Source of the DNA: an uncultured Prevotellaceae bacterium
GTDB lineage: Bacteria; Bacteroidota; Bacteroidia; Bacteroidales; Bacteroidaceae
Direction: 5' to 3'
Length of the DNA stretch: 64,000 nucleotides
NCBI GenBank assembly: GCA_946415365.1
Contig: CAMKSE010000007.1
Coordinates: 13,566 to 77,565, forward strand
In this document: piece by piece, positions 35,946 through 44,640 of the stretch
Numbering within the stretch: the stretch's first letter is position 1
Layout of the letters: each line of letters opens with the position of its first letter
Program-made: the position numbers and the translations under genes
The notes under the pieces: generated by a model
The model's database searches: none
What the model was told of the DNA's origin: nothing
The model's input: only the letters and a program-made list of their open reading frames with translations

Positions 35946-38123
35946 ATGGATTTATTCAGATATATTGTCAGGTTCTTATACAAGATTCGTTGGTATTTGA
36001 TCATTTTGCCACTCATTGCATTGGTAGTAGCTTGGTTTATGACGCGCAATATGGAGCGTATTTATAACACCAATACGACCATCTACACTGGTATGATTAC
36101 AGCCTATAATATAGAAGGTGGTTCAGGAACAGCTGGTGGAAATGCACAGACCAACATGAGAAATCTCATGTTACTTATAACGACTGATGTGACCATCCAT
36201 GAGGTATCACTCCGTCTATTTGCTCGTTGCATGATGTATGGCAATACCAATAAGGACAACAACTATATTTCTGCAGAGCATTTCCGCCAGTTAAACAACA
36301 GTGTTCCAACTGATGTCAAAGCCCTGATCAACCATAATAGCGAGAATGCCACCTATGCCAACCTAAAGGCATACGAAAAGCCAACTCAGGACAACTATCT
36401 CTTTGGTATAACGAACTACCACCCATATTTTGGCATCAATAGCATTACAAGTAGATTAAAAGTATTGCAACTAAACCAAAGTGATATTATTGATATTGGC
36501 TATTCTGCAAATGATGCTGGTATTGCCTACAACACATTGGATATTCTGAACGAAGTCTTTGCTCGCCAGTATGCCCAATTACGTTATGGCGAGACCAATA
36601 ATGTCATCAAGTTTTTTGAGCGCGAAGTTGCAAGACTCTACCGCATTTTGACCCATGCAGAGGACGACCTCATTCGTTATAATGTAGAAAAACGCATTAT
36701 TAACTATAGCGAGCAAACAAGAGTTTTGTCCGGCATGGAAGGTTCACAACAGATAGCCGAAAACACACTTCTCAAAGACCAATCTACCACCCGGGCATTG
36801 ATGGATTACTTAGAACGACAATTAGGTGATCGTGCGAAAATAATAAAAGCAAATAAGGAATTTACCAACCAAGTTACCGATATCTCTCGCATCCAGTCCC
36901 GCATTTCTAACCTCCGTCTCATGAGTAGCGAAGGAGGTGGCAGTGGTGTGGAATCACAGTTGGAATTGGCCAAAGCAGAGAAGATGCTTCAAAATGCCAC
37001 AGACAATGTCCGCAGCCTAATAAAAGATATCGAAGCAGGCAATTATAGTACGGAGACAGGTGTCAGAGCCAACGACATGATTGGCCGATGGCTAGATCAA
37101 GTATTGCTTTTGGAAAAAACCAAGGCAGAAATAGCTTCTCAAGAACTTATGCGTGCCAATATTGATAAGCAATTCCTTTATTATGCACCAATTGGAGCAA
37201 CGCTGGGTCGTAAAGATCGACATATTGGCTTTATCGAAGGTAACTATATGGAGATGCTGAAGGCCCTGAATGCAGCACGTCTTCGTCAGAAGAATCTCCA
37301 GATGACAACCGCTACCCTTCGAGTACTAAACCCGCCTTTGTTCCCGATGAATGCCCAGCCCACGAACCGTATGATGATTCTGCTCGGCGCATTCATGCTG
37401 ACATTCTTGCTGACGGCCATGTACTTCTTCATCATCGAGTTACTCGATCGCACCTTGCGTGATCGTATGCGTTCGGAGCGTATCACCAAAATACCTGTTA
37501 TGGGGTGTTTCCCGAAGGAGAGCACATTACGCTATCGTCGTTTCAATAAGACCATTGCGGACATGGCACTCCGTCAGTTGAGCAAGGCTCTCCTCCCCCA
37601 TTTTAAGGAAGGCCAGCAGAATGTCCTTAATCTGCTTTCGACAGATGCTGCTAATGGTAAGAGTTACTTGGCTCAGGAACTGGAGAACTATTGGATTTCC
37701 ATAGGTCTGCAAGTCCGTCGTCTTACCTACGACGAGGATTTCCTTGCTGAGGACAGCCGTTTCATCATGGCCAAAGACATCAAGGACATCTGTCCAGACA
37801 TCCTGCCCAATGAGATTGCCATCATCGAATATCCCAACTTGGACGATAACTCCATTCCTTCAGGATTATTGAATATGGGTACCATCAACCTTTTGGTGAC
37901 TCGTGCCAATCGTACATGGAAAGATGTTGACCAGAAGGCTCTCAAGGAACTTCAGTCACAACTTGAGAATCAGGATACGCTCTTCATGTACCTCACTGAG
38001 GCTCAGCGTTATGCTGTGGAAGAGTTTGTTGGCCAGCTACCACCATACACCAAGTTCAACAACTTTGTATACCGTATATCCCAGATGGGTTTGACCGCAG
38101 TAGAAAACAGTCACGCAAAGTAA
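35946..38123 (+). CDS. Polysaccharide co-polymerase (Wzc/GumC-like PCP) with BY-kinase-like P-loop domain
   Basis: N-terminal TM, long coiled-coil periplasmic region, second TM (MMILLGAFMLTFLLTAMYFFIIELL). Cytoplasmic domain has LLSTDAANGKSY (Walker A-like), YDEDF (A'-like) and IAIIEYPN (B-like, Asp to Glu). Confidence 0.7.
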   Translation: MDLFRYIVRFLYKIRWYLIILPLIALVVAWFMTRNMERIYNTNTTIYTGMITAYNIEGGSGTAGGNAQTNMRNLMLLITTDVTIHEVSLRLFARCMMYGNTNKDNNYISAEHFRQLNNSVPTDVKALINHNSENATYANLKAYEKPTQDNYLFGITNYHPYFGINSITSRLKVLQLNQSDIIDIGYSANDAGIAYNTLDILNEVFARQYAQLRYGETNNVIKFFEREVARLYRILTHAEDDLIRYNVEKRIINYSEQTRVLSGMEGSQQIAENTLLKDQSTTRALMDYLERQLGDRAKIIKANKEFTNQVTDISRIQSRISNLRLMSSEGGGSGVESQLELAKAEKMLQNATDNVRSLIKDIEAGNYSTETGVRANDMIGRWLDQVLLLEKTKAEIASQELMRANIDKQFLYYAPIGATLGRKDRHIGFIEGNYMEMLKALNAARLRQKNLQMTTATLRVLNPPLFPMNAQPTNRMMILLGAFMLTFLLTAMYFFIIELLDRTLRDRMRSERITKIPVMGCFPKESTLRYRRFNKTIADMALRQLSKALLPHFKEGQQNVLNLLSTDAANGKSYLAQELENYWISIGLQVRRLTYDEDFLAEDSRFIMAKDIKDICPDILPNEIAIIEYPNLDDNSIPSGLLNMGTINLLVTRANRTWKDVDQKALKELQSQLENQDTLFMYLTEAQRYAVEEFVGQLPPYTKFNNFVYRISQMGLTAVENSHAK

Positions 38124-39659
38124 ATGTCAAAAGTTTATTCAAATAGATTAACAGAATATACCCATGAAAACGGAGGAAGAGTAGCTTTACTCTTTCTCCT
38201 GTTTGCACTTGCCATTTATGAGTTCATTCATGCCGGCTTCAACGCATTTGCAGTTATTTGCCTTTCACCATTAGCGATTCTATTTTGCTATGTAGCCTTT
38301 CGGTGGAAAATGACTGTATTCTGGGCTCTGATAGTAGTCAATTGGTTCATTATGAACCGTAATTTTGAAGATTATATTTCATTTCCCAAATCCTTACCTG
38401 AAGAATTACTTGAATTGACACTCATTGCGATTGCCATCATTGACATACGGAAGGAAACCTATTTTGAAAGAGCCTGGAATTTCATGCTACTAGCTGTCAT
38501 GGTATGGCTAGGATTTTGTATTATTGAAATTTTTAATGACTCTTGCGGATTAGGTATGAATGTAAACACATGGTTTACTGGTTTCAGATTGATGGCACTC
38601 CATCTTGTCTGGATTATTCTGGTATTCTCTCTGTACATTTCAAATCCACAAAGGCTTCTATTATATTTAAGGGTATGGGCTGGACTTTCTCTGTTATCAG
38701 CTTTTTGGACTTGGAAAATGAAAACTTACGGATTTACTGATACAGAACATAATTGGATTTGGAACAGTGCATACCAAACTCATATTTTAAATGGAGGTAC
38801 ATTAATTCGTTATTTTTCCACATTCAATGATGCTGCGACTTATGGTTGTAACGCGAGCGCATCCGCTGTTGCTTTTCTAATTTTTGGTATCACGTCAAAA
38901 TTAAAAATTGACAAAATTTTCTTCTTTATAACGGCAGTTGCTGTCATATGGGGTATGTTCCAATCAGGAACAAGAACAGCCATCATAACATTAATAGCAG
39001 GTTTCATTGTTTTCTTATTCTTAGCAAGATCCACTAAGATATTAATTCCAAGTGCCATTATCGGTGGTTTTTTCATTTTCATACTTATCTTTACTAATAT
39101 TGGTAATAGCAGCCAGCAAATGCGCAGAATGAGGTCTGCATTTAAGAAGAGTGATGCATCAGCAACTGTTCGTGACATCAATAAAGTTGCCATCGCGAAA
39201 TATATGAAAGAAGCCCCATGGGGTATAGGTTTGGGAATGATGTCATACGACATACCAGCGAATAATAAATTTAAAAAATTATCAGAAATACCGCCTGATT
39301 CTGAATATGTGTTTATATGGGTTAGAACAGGTCCTGTTGGAGTTACCGTATTCACATGTTGTATGGTGATGATGCTCTTAGGAGGATGTGTTATTGTTCT
39401 ATTTAGGCTCAAAAGCCCCTCTCTCGTTGGGATTGGTGGGGGATTATGTGCAGCATTTGTATCAATTCATTTAGGAGCATATGCTAATCAGATTCTTTTT
39501 CAATATCCTAACGGAATAACATTCTTTGGAGGAATGGCTATAGTTTATCTACTTCCATATATTGAGCCTGAATGGATTAAATACGAAGAAAAGCGATTAG
39601 CAAAAATAGAAGAAAGAAAACGCTTAAGATTGGAAAAGAAATTAGCTTCAAGAGTGTAA
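38124..39659 (+). CDS. Wzy / O-antigen-ligase-like polytopic membrane protein
   Basis: At least 10 TM helices, a central loop with the QSGTRTAIITL block typical of the Wzy_C family, and a charged C-terminal helix (EEKRLAKIEERKRLRLEKK). Confidence 0.7.
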   Translation: MSKVYSNRLTEYTHENGGRVALLFLLFALAIYEFIHAGFNAFAVICLSPLAILFCYVAFRWKMTVFWALIVVNWFIMNRNFEDYISFPKSLPEELLELTLIAIAIIDIRKETYFERAWNFMLLAVMVWLGFCIIEIFNDSCGLGMNVNTWFTGFRLMALHLVWIILVFSLYISNPQRLLLYLRVWAGLSLLSAFWTWKMKTYGFTDTEHNWIWNSAYQTHILNGGTLIRYFSTFNDAATYGCNASASAVAFLIFGITSKLKIDKIFFFITAVAVIWGMFQSGTRTAIITLIAGFIVFLFLARSTKILIPSAIIGGFFIFILIFTNIGNSSQQMRRMRSAFKKSDASATVRDINKVAIAKYMKEAPWGIGLGMMSYDIPANNKFKKLSEIPPDSEYVFIWVRTGPVGVTVFTCCMVMMLLGGCVIVLFRLKSPSLVGIGGGLCAAFVSIHLGAYANQILFQYPNGITFFGGMAIVYLLPYIEPEWIKYEEKRLAKIEERKRLRLEKKLASRV

Positions 39660-39661
39660 TA

Positions 39662-39697
39662 TATTGAAGATTGGTTATTGAAGATTGAATATTGCGG
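39662..39697 (+). repeat. 2.5 copies of a 14-mer (equivalent to five ATTGNNN heptamers) filling the Wzy-GT2 junction
   Basis: tattgaagattggt tattgaagattgaa tattgcgg. Contains the only in-frame start candidate (TTG at 39685) of the GT2 gene. Confidence 0.9.
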
Positions 39698-40638
39698 TTT
39701 CTATTGTCACCATCAATTACAATGGACTGGAAGACACCTGTGCATTGATTGAGTCCATCCCCTTCAATGAAAACATGGAGGTGATTGTAGTTGATAATGC
39801 CTCAAATAATCACGAAGCAGAAACCATTGCACAGCGATATCCACGAGTCAATGTCATTAAAAGCGATAAAAATCTAGGTTTTGCAGGAGGTAATAACTTA
39901 GGAATTCAAGCAGCTCAAGGCAAATATCTGTTCTTGATCAACAATGATACAATTTTTAAGGATTTCAATGTTCGAGCTCTTATTGAAAGAATGGAATCAT
40001 CTCAAAAAATAGGCATCGCTTGTCCTAAGATACGTTTTGCCTGGGGAACGAATCCAATTCAATTCGCAGGCTATACATCTCTTTCAATAATTACTGTCCG
40101 CAATCAGGCCATTGGCTTCAATGCAGAAGATCATGGACAATACGACACTGCCCACCCTACGCCATACGCTCATGGCGCAGCCATGCTGATTCGTCATGAC
40201 GCCATCAACAAGGTGGGACTTATGCCAGAATGTTATTTCCTGTATTATGAAGAACTGGATTGGTCTATGATATTCACTCGAGCTGGCTATCAGATATGGT
40301 ATGAACCTAAATGCACAATCTACCACAAAGAAAGTCAAGCAACAGGTCAGAACAGCCCTTTACGCACCTATTATATCACACGCAACAGGTTTCTATTAGT
40401 CAAGCGAAATCCGAAGGAATTCATCCAGCCACTTGCTTACTTGTATCTCTTCTGCATTGTTGTCTTACGCGACATATTGAAGTATATATTCTCTTTTCGA
40501 TTTGATCTCTTGAAAGCTACACTTCGTGCTCTAAAAGATTTCATTCTATACGCTCAGTCTAATGCCGCTTGCACGCGCTCGGCTCTGCCGCTTATTCGAG
40601 CATCAGCGAGTCTTAAGAACGTGAAGCAAAAACTGTAA
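39685..40638 (+). CDS. Glycosyltransferase family 2
   Basis: VSIVTINYNG...VVDNASNN...NLGFAGGNN...INNDT motifs. TTG start: an in-frame TGA at 39679-39681 excludes any upstream ATG. Confidence 0.82.
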   Translation: MNIAVSIVTINYNGLEDTCALIESIPFNENMEVIVVDNASNNHEAETIAQRYPRVNVIKSDKNLGFAGGNNLGIQAAQGKYLFLINNDTIFKDFNVRALIERMESSQKIGIACPKIRFAWGTNPIQFAGYTSLSIITVRNQAIGFNAEDHGQYDTAHPTPYAHGAAMLIRHDAINKVGLMPECYFLYYEELDWSMIFTRAGYQIWYEPKCTIYHKESQATGQNSPLRTYYITRNRFLLVKRNPKEFIQPLAYLYLFCIVVLRDILKYIFSFRFDLLKATLRALKDFILYAQSNAACTRSALPLIRASASLKNVKQKL

Positions 40639-40660
40639 ACTGTAAACCGTAAACTGTAAA
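40633..40660 (+). repeat. (CYGTAAA)x4 array, reverse complement of the GTTTAYA family, at the GT2-synthase junction
   Basis: ctgtaaa ctgtaaa ccgtaaa ctgtaaa cgaaataatt-ATG. The upstream stop TAA (40636-40638) lies in unit 1. Confidence 0.9.
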
Positions 40661-40670
40661 CGAAATAATT

Positions 40671-41822
40671 ATGACTATAACAACATGGGATTTATTAATA
40701 TGGGGCGACATCATCCTATTCATAATAGTAGCAGCCGCAGTCCTCTATTTAGGTGTCTTTGCCATAGCCGCCCTGATAAACCGTCATCATGAATCGATAC
40801 GGTCTAAGAAACAAAACCGCATCGTTATTCTGATACCAGCCTACAAACAAGATGCCATTATTGAGCAGACCGTCATATCAATCCTGTCACAAGCCTACCC
40901 TCAGCGTATGTTCGACGTTGTTGTTATTTCCGACCATCAGGAAGAAATGACCAACATGCGTCTGGCACAATACCCGATTACACTCTTGACGCCTAACTTT
41001 GAAGAGAGCACGAAGGCAAAATCCCTCCAATATGCCATTCTCAACCTACCCGAGTTTAAAATCTATGATATGGCCTTGATTCTTGATGCCGATAATATCG
41101 TTGAACAGGATTTTCTTGCCAAGGTCAACGATGCCTTTGAAACAGCAGCGACCAAGGCTATCCAATTGCATCGCATTTCAAGAAACAGGGATACAAGCGC
41201 AGCCAGATTAGGAGCTCTTTTCGAGGAAATCAACAATGCCATCTTCCGCCGTGGACACATCAATCTCGGATTGTCATCCGCTTTGGCGGGTTCGGGTGTT
41301 GCATACGACTTTGCCTGGTTTAAGACCAATGTCATGAAAACCCGTACTGCTGGTGAAGACAAGGAGTTGGAGGCATTACTTTTACGTCAGGAAATCTTCA
41401 TCGATTATTTCGATGACATATATGTTTATGGTGAGAAAAAACGCACCACGGCCAAGTTAAACCAACAGCATAGCCGTTGGGTCCAAGAACAATTCCACAA
41501 TTTTATCCGGAATGCTAAATTCCTGCCAGGGGCTTTATTTAGGAAACAGTACGACCTGGCAGACAAGATTATCCAATGGATGCTTATTCCCCGTGCTACA
41601 ATGATGGTCATCATCATTCTCATGAGTATCATCCTACCATTCATCTATATGACGCTGGTCATCAAATGGTGGATTTTAGGGGCTATTGCCCTCTTTATCT
41701 TTGCCCTGGCAACACCAGATTATCTCGTCAATGAAATATGGGAGAACACTTATCTTAATTCTCCTTTCACCAGACTTTGGCATTATATGAGGCCACAAAT
41801 ATTAACAAAGAAGAAGAAATGA
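40671..41822 (+). CDS. Membrane-embedded processive-type GT2 (synthase-like), paralog 1
   Basis: N-terminal TM, LDADN (DxD), TAGEDKEL (TED-like), QQHSRW (QxxRW), C-terminal TM helices. Confidence 0.78.
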   Translation: MTITTWDLLIWGDIILFIIVAAAVLYLGVFAIAALINRHHESIRSKKQNRIVILIPAYKQDAIIEQTVISILSQAYPQRMFDVVVISDHQEEMTNMRLAQYPITLLTPNFEESTKAKSLQYAILNLPEFKIYDMALILDADNIVEQDFLAKVNDAFETAATKAIQLHRISRNRDTSAARLGALFEEINNAIFRRGHINLGLSSALAGSGVAYDFAWFKTNVMKTRTAGEDKELEALLLRQEIFIDYFDDIYVYGEKKRTTAKLNQQHSRWVQEQFHNFIRNAKFLPGALFRKQYDLADKIIQWMLIPRATMMVIIILMSIILPFIYMTLVIKWWILGAIALFIFALATPDYLVNEIWENTYLNSPFTRLWHYMRPQILTKKKK

Positions 41823-42988
41823 TTTGGACTATTCTGCATAGCATAGATGTTGCCCTATGGGTTATCATCGCTGGCTCTGTAGCCTATGTGGTGTTTTTTG
41901 CCATCATATCACTATTCTATGAGAAGGAAGACCAGTTAGCTACTCATGCTGCAGCCCTAAGCAACAAACAAAGTAAGTTCCTCATTCTCTATCCCGCCTA
42001 TAAAGAAGACCGCGTCATCATCAATGCCGTAGAAACTTTCCTGTTGCAGGACTATCCATCCACTCATTATACGGTGGCTGTCGTCTCTGATCATATGCAG
42101 CAGGAGACCAATGACTATCTGAGCAAACTACCCATCACCCTGCTCACTCCTGAATTTGATAAGAGTTCTAAAGCCAAGGCGATGCAATACGCCATCAACG
42201 AAGTCAAGGGAGAATATGATCAGGTGGTGGTGCTCGATGCAGACAATGTTGTCCGACCCGATTTTTTATCCCAGTTGAATATTCTATGCACCATATATGA
42301 TGCCATCCAGTGCCACCGCTGTGCCAAGAATGCAGACAACGATGTAGCTGTACTCGATGGTGCCAGTGAAGAAATCAACAACACATTATTCCGTAAAGCT
42401 CACAACCGTCTTGGCATGTCATCAGCCCTCATCGGTTCTGGCATGTGCTTCAATTATGAACTATTCAAGAAGAACGTATTCCTGTTGTCCACAGCTGGCG
42501 AAGATCGTGAGATGGAAGCTTTACTGCTTCAACAAGAGATATTCATCAAATATGCGCCAGACATTCATGTTTTCGACGAGAAGGTCAGCAATCAAGATAA
42601 TTTCCAACGGCAACGCATGCGCTGGATGACCGCTCAAGTTCAGAGCCTGCTCAACAACTTGCCGAAAGTTCCCAACGCCATCGTTCATGGCAAGATCAAC
42701 TTCATCGACAAGACAATCCAGCAGGCACTCATTCCCCGTTCCATTCTGATTGTCCTATTGGCGGGTATCTCCATCTTCATGACCATCTTCATGCCTTCTT
42801 GGTGTGAAAAGTGGTGGATACTCTTTGCTTTGTTGGCTATCGCGCTGTTCATAGCGATACCACGCCAACTAAGGTTCCGTTCCTTTGCTAAAGTCTTTGC
42901 CATCCCAAGTCTCGTATTGCGTATGTTCAAGAACCTCCTCCACATCGACCGCAAGAATACCGATTTTATCCATACCCAACACGGTTGA
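41819..42988 (+). CDS. Membrane-embedded processive-type GT2 (synthase-like), paralog 2
   Basis: ORF 41777..42988. The ATG at 41819 overlaps the upstream TGA (ATGA). LDADN, TAGEDREM and QRQRMRW motifs. Alignable with paralog 1 over its whole length. Confidence 0.78.
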   Translation: MIWTILHSIDVALWVIIAGSVAYVVFFAIISLFYEKEDQLATHAAALSNKQSKFLILYPAYKEDRVIINAVETFLLQDYPSTHYTVAVVSDHMQQETNDYLSKLPITLLTPEFDKSSKAKAMQYAINEVKGEYDQVVVLDADNVVRPDFLSQLNILCTIYDAIQCHRCAKNADNDVAVLDGASEEINNTLFRKAHNRLGMSSALIGSGMCFNYELFKKNVFLLSTAGEDREMEALLLQQEIFIKYAPDIHVFDEKVSNQDNFQRQRMRWMTAQVQSLLNNLPKVPNAIVHGKINFIDKTIQQALIPRSILIVLLAGISIFMTIFMPSWCEKWWILFALLAIALFIAIPRQLRFRSFAKVFAIPSLVLRMFKNLLHIDRKNTDFIHTQHG

Positions 42989-43032
42989 TACAAAAAACGT
43001 CGATATAATTTGGATAATTACGTATAATTTCA

Positions 43033-43040
43033 TATCTTTG
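43033..43040 (+). promoter_or_regulatory. -7 box (tatctttg) for the AAA/PD-(D/E)XK gene
   Basis: Lies 17 nt upstream of the ATG at 43057. Confidence 0.5.
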
Positions 43041-43056
43041 CAGAAAAATAAATTCT

Positions 43057-44640
43057 ATGGAAGAGAGACATTATCCTGTTGGAATACAAACTTTTTCTGA
43101 AATCGTTCGAGGAGGTTATGTCTATATTGACAAAACCGACTTGATGTGGCGTATGCAGAATAAGAGAAAGTTTATATTCTTAAGCCGGCCGCGCAGATTT
43201 GGTAAGTCTCTCCTATCATCAACATTGCATTCGTTCTTTGCTGGTCACAAAGAGTTGTTCACTGGACTAAAAGTTATGAGTCTGGAAAACGAATGGGCGT
43301 CTTTTCCCGTTTTTCATCTAGACTTGAGTATTGCCAAGGGGAAAACATCCGCAATGGAATTAAAAGACTCGTTGATGTGGCTTATGCATCCTTTCTGCGA
43401 AGAGTATGGATTCGGCGTAAAAGAAGATACACCAGGAAAGATGGTTTCAGGACTCATTACTCGGGCCAGTCAGAAAACAGGAAAACAAGTAGTCATCATT
43501 GTCGATGAATATGATGCGCCACTATTGGATGTTTTGCACGAAGAAAATCTTGATGAATTACGTAAGGTCATGCAGGAGTTTTATACCCCTCTCAAGGCCT
43601 GCGAGAAAGACATTAAGTTCTGCTTCATTACTGGTATTACAAAATTCTCGCAACTGAGCATTTTTTCAACCATCAACAACCTGACAAACATTTCATTATG
43701 GCCTGAGTTCTCTGCCATTTGCGGCATCACAGAGAAGGAGCTATCAGAGCAAATGCAGGAAGACATTGAATTGATGGCTATCAGAAATCGTCTGAGTGTG
43801 ACGGAGATGCATGACAAGCTAAAGACTCAATATGACGGCTATCATTTCTCTGAAGATTCAGAAGAAGTGTACAACCCATTCAGTCTTTTGAAAGCCTTCG
43901 ATAGCAAAAAGATTGGAAGCTACTGGTTTGAAAGTGGTACACCTTCTTTTCTTGTCAAGGAAATGAAGCATTTTCGAACAGACATAATGTCTCTCGACCA
44001 ACTGGAAGTACCGTCTACTGCCTTTGACCAGCCTACAGAAGATATGGAAGATGCGCTACCACTTCTTTATCAAAGTGGCTATCTTACCATTAAGAGCTAT
44101 GACCCAGAACTCGACATGTACACTCTTTCTATCCCCAACCAGGAAGTGCGCATCGGCTATACAAGAGGACTTCTGCCATCCTATATAGGCTTAAAAGCTG
44201 CCGACGTACAGACTGGCTTTGCTGCCAAATTTTGGACTGCACTTAAAAAGAACGACATCGAATTAGCCATGAGAGAAATGAAATCATACATGGCTGGCAT
44301 TCCCTACGTTGAAGGATTTAAGGAAAAGCTATCTGAAGCCGCTACTGCCGAGGGCTTTTATGAATATACCATGTATCTGATATTCTCTATGCTTAACGTC
44401 TATGTAAGAACACAAGTAAAATGTGCTGGAGGACGTACTGACGTTGTCGTATGGATGCCGGAGACGATATATGTATTTGAGATAAAAGTATCAGAATCAT
44501 CAGAAAGGGCAATAAATCAAATTGAGGCTAACGGCTATGCCACCCAATTTACGACAGACGGCAGGAATATTGTGAAAGTTGGAATCAAATTTGATAAAGT
44601 AACAAGGGTACCAACCGAATGGACAGTAAAATATGAGTAA
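43057..44640 (+). CDS. AAA-ATPase-like plus PD-(D/E)XK nuclease-like protein (Bacteroidota AAA-ATPase_like / PDDEXK_9 architecture)
   Basis: N-terminus YPVGIQTFSEI...YVDKT...SRPRRFGKS. C-terminus GRTDVVVW...VFEIKV (D...ExK). Confidence 0.82.
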   Translation: MEERHYPVGIQTFSEIVRGGYVYIDKTDLMWRMQNKRKFIFLSRPRRFGKSLLSSTLHSFFAGHKELFTGLKVMSLENEWASFPVFHLDLSIAKGKTSAMELKDSLMWLMHPFCEEYGFGVKEDTPGKMVSGLITRASQKTGKQVVIIVDEYDAPLLDVLHEENLDELRKVMQEFYTPLKACEKDIKFCFITGITKFSQLSIFSTINNLTNISLWPEFSAICGITEKELSEQMQEDIELMAIRNRLSVTEMHDKLKTQYDGYHFSEDSEEVYNPFSLLKAFDSKKIGSYWFESGTPSFLVKEMKHFRTDIMSLDQLEVPSTAFDQPTEDMEDALPLLYQSGYLTIKSYDPELDMYTLSIPNQEVRIGYTRGLLPSYIGLKAADVQTGFAAKFWTALKKNDIELAMREMKSYMAGIPYVEGFKEKLSEAATAEGFYEYTMYLIFSMLNVYVRTQVKCAGGRTDVVVWMPETIYVFEIKVSESSERAINQIEANGYATQFTTDGRNIVKVGIKFDKVTRVPTEWTVKYE

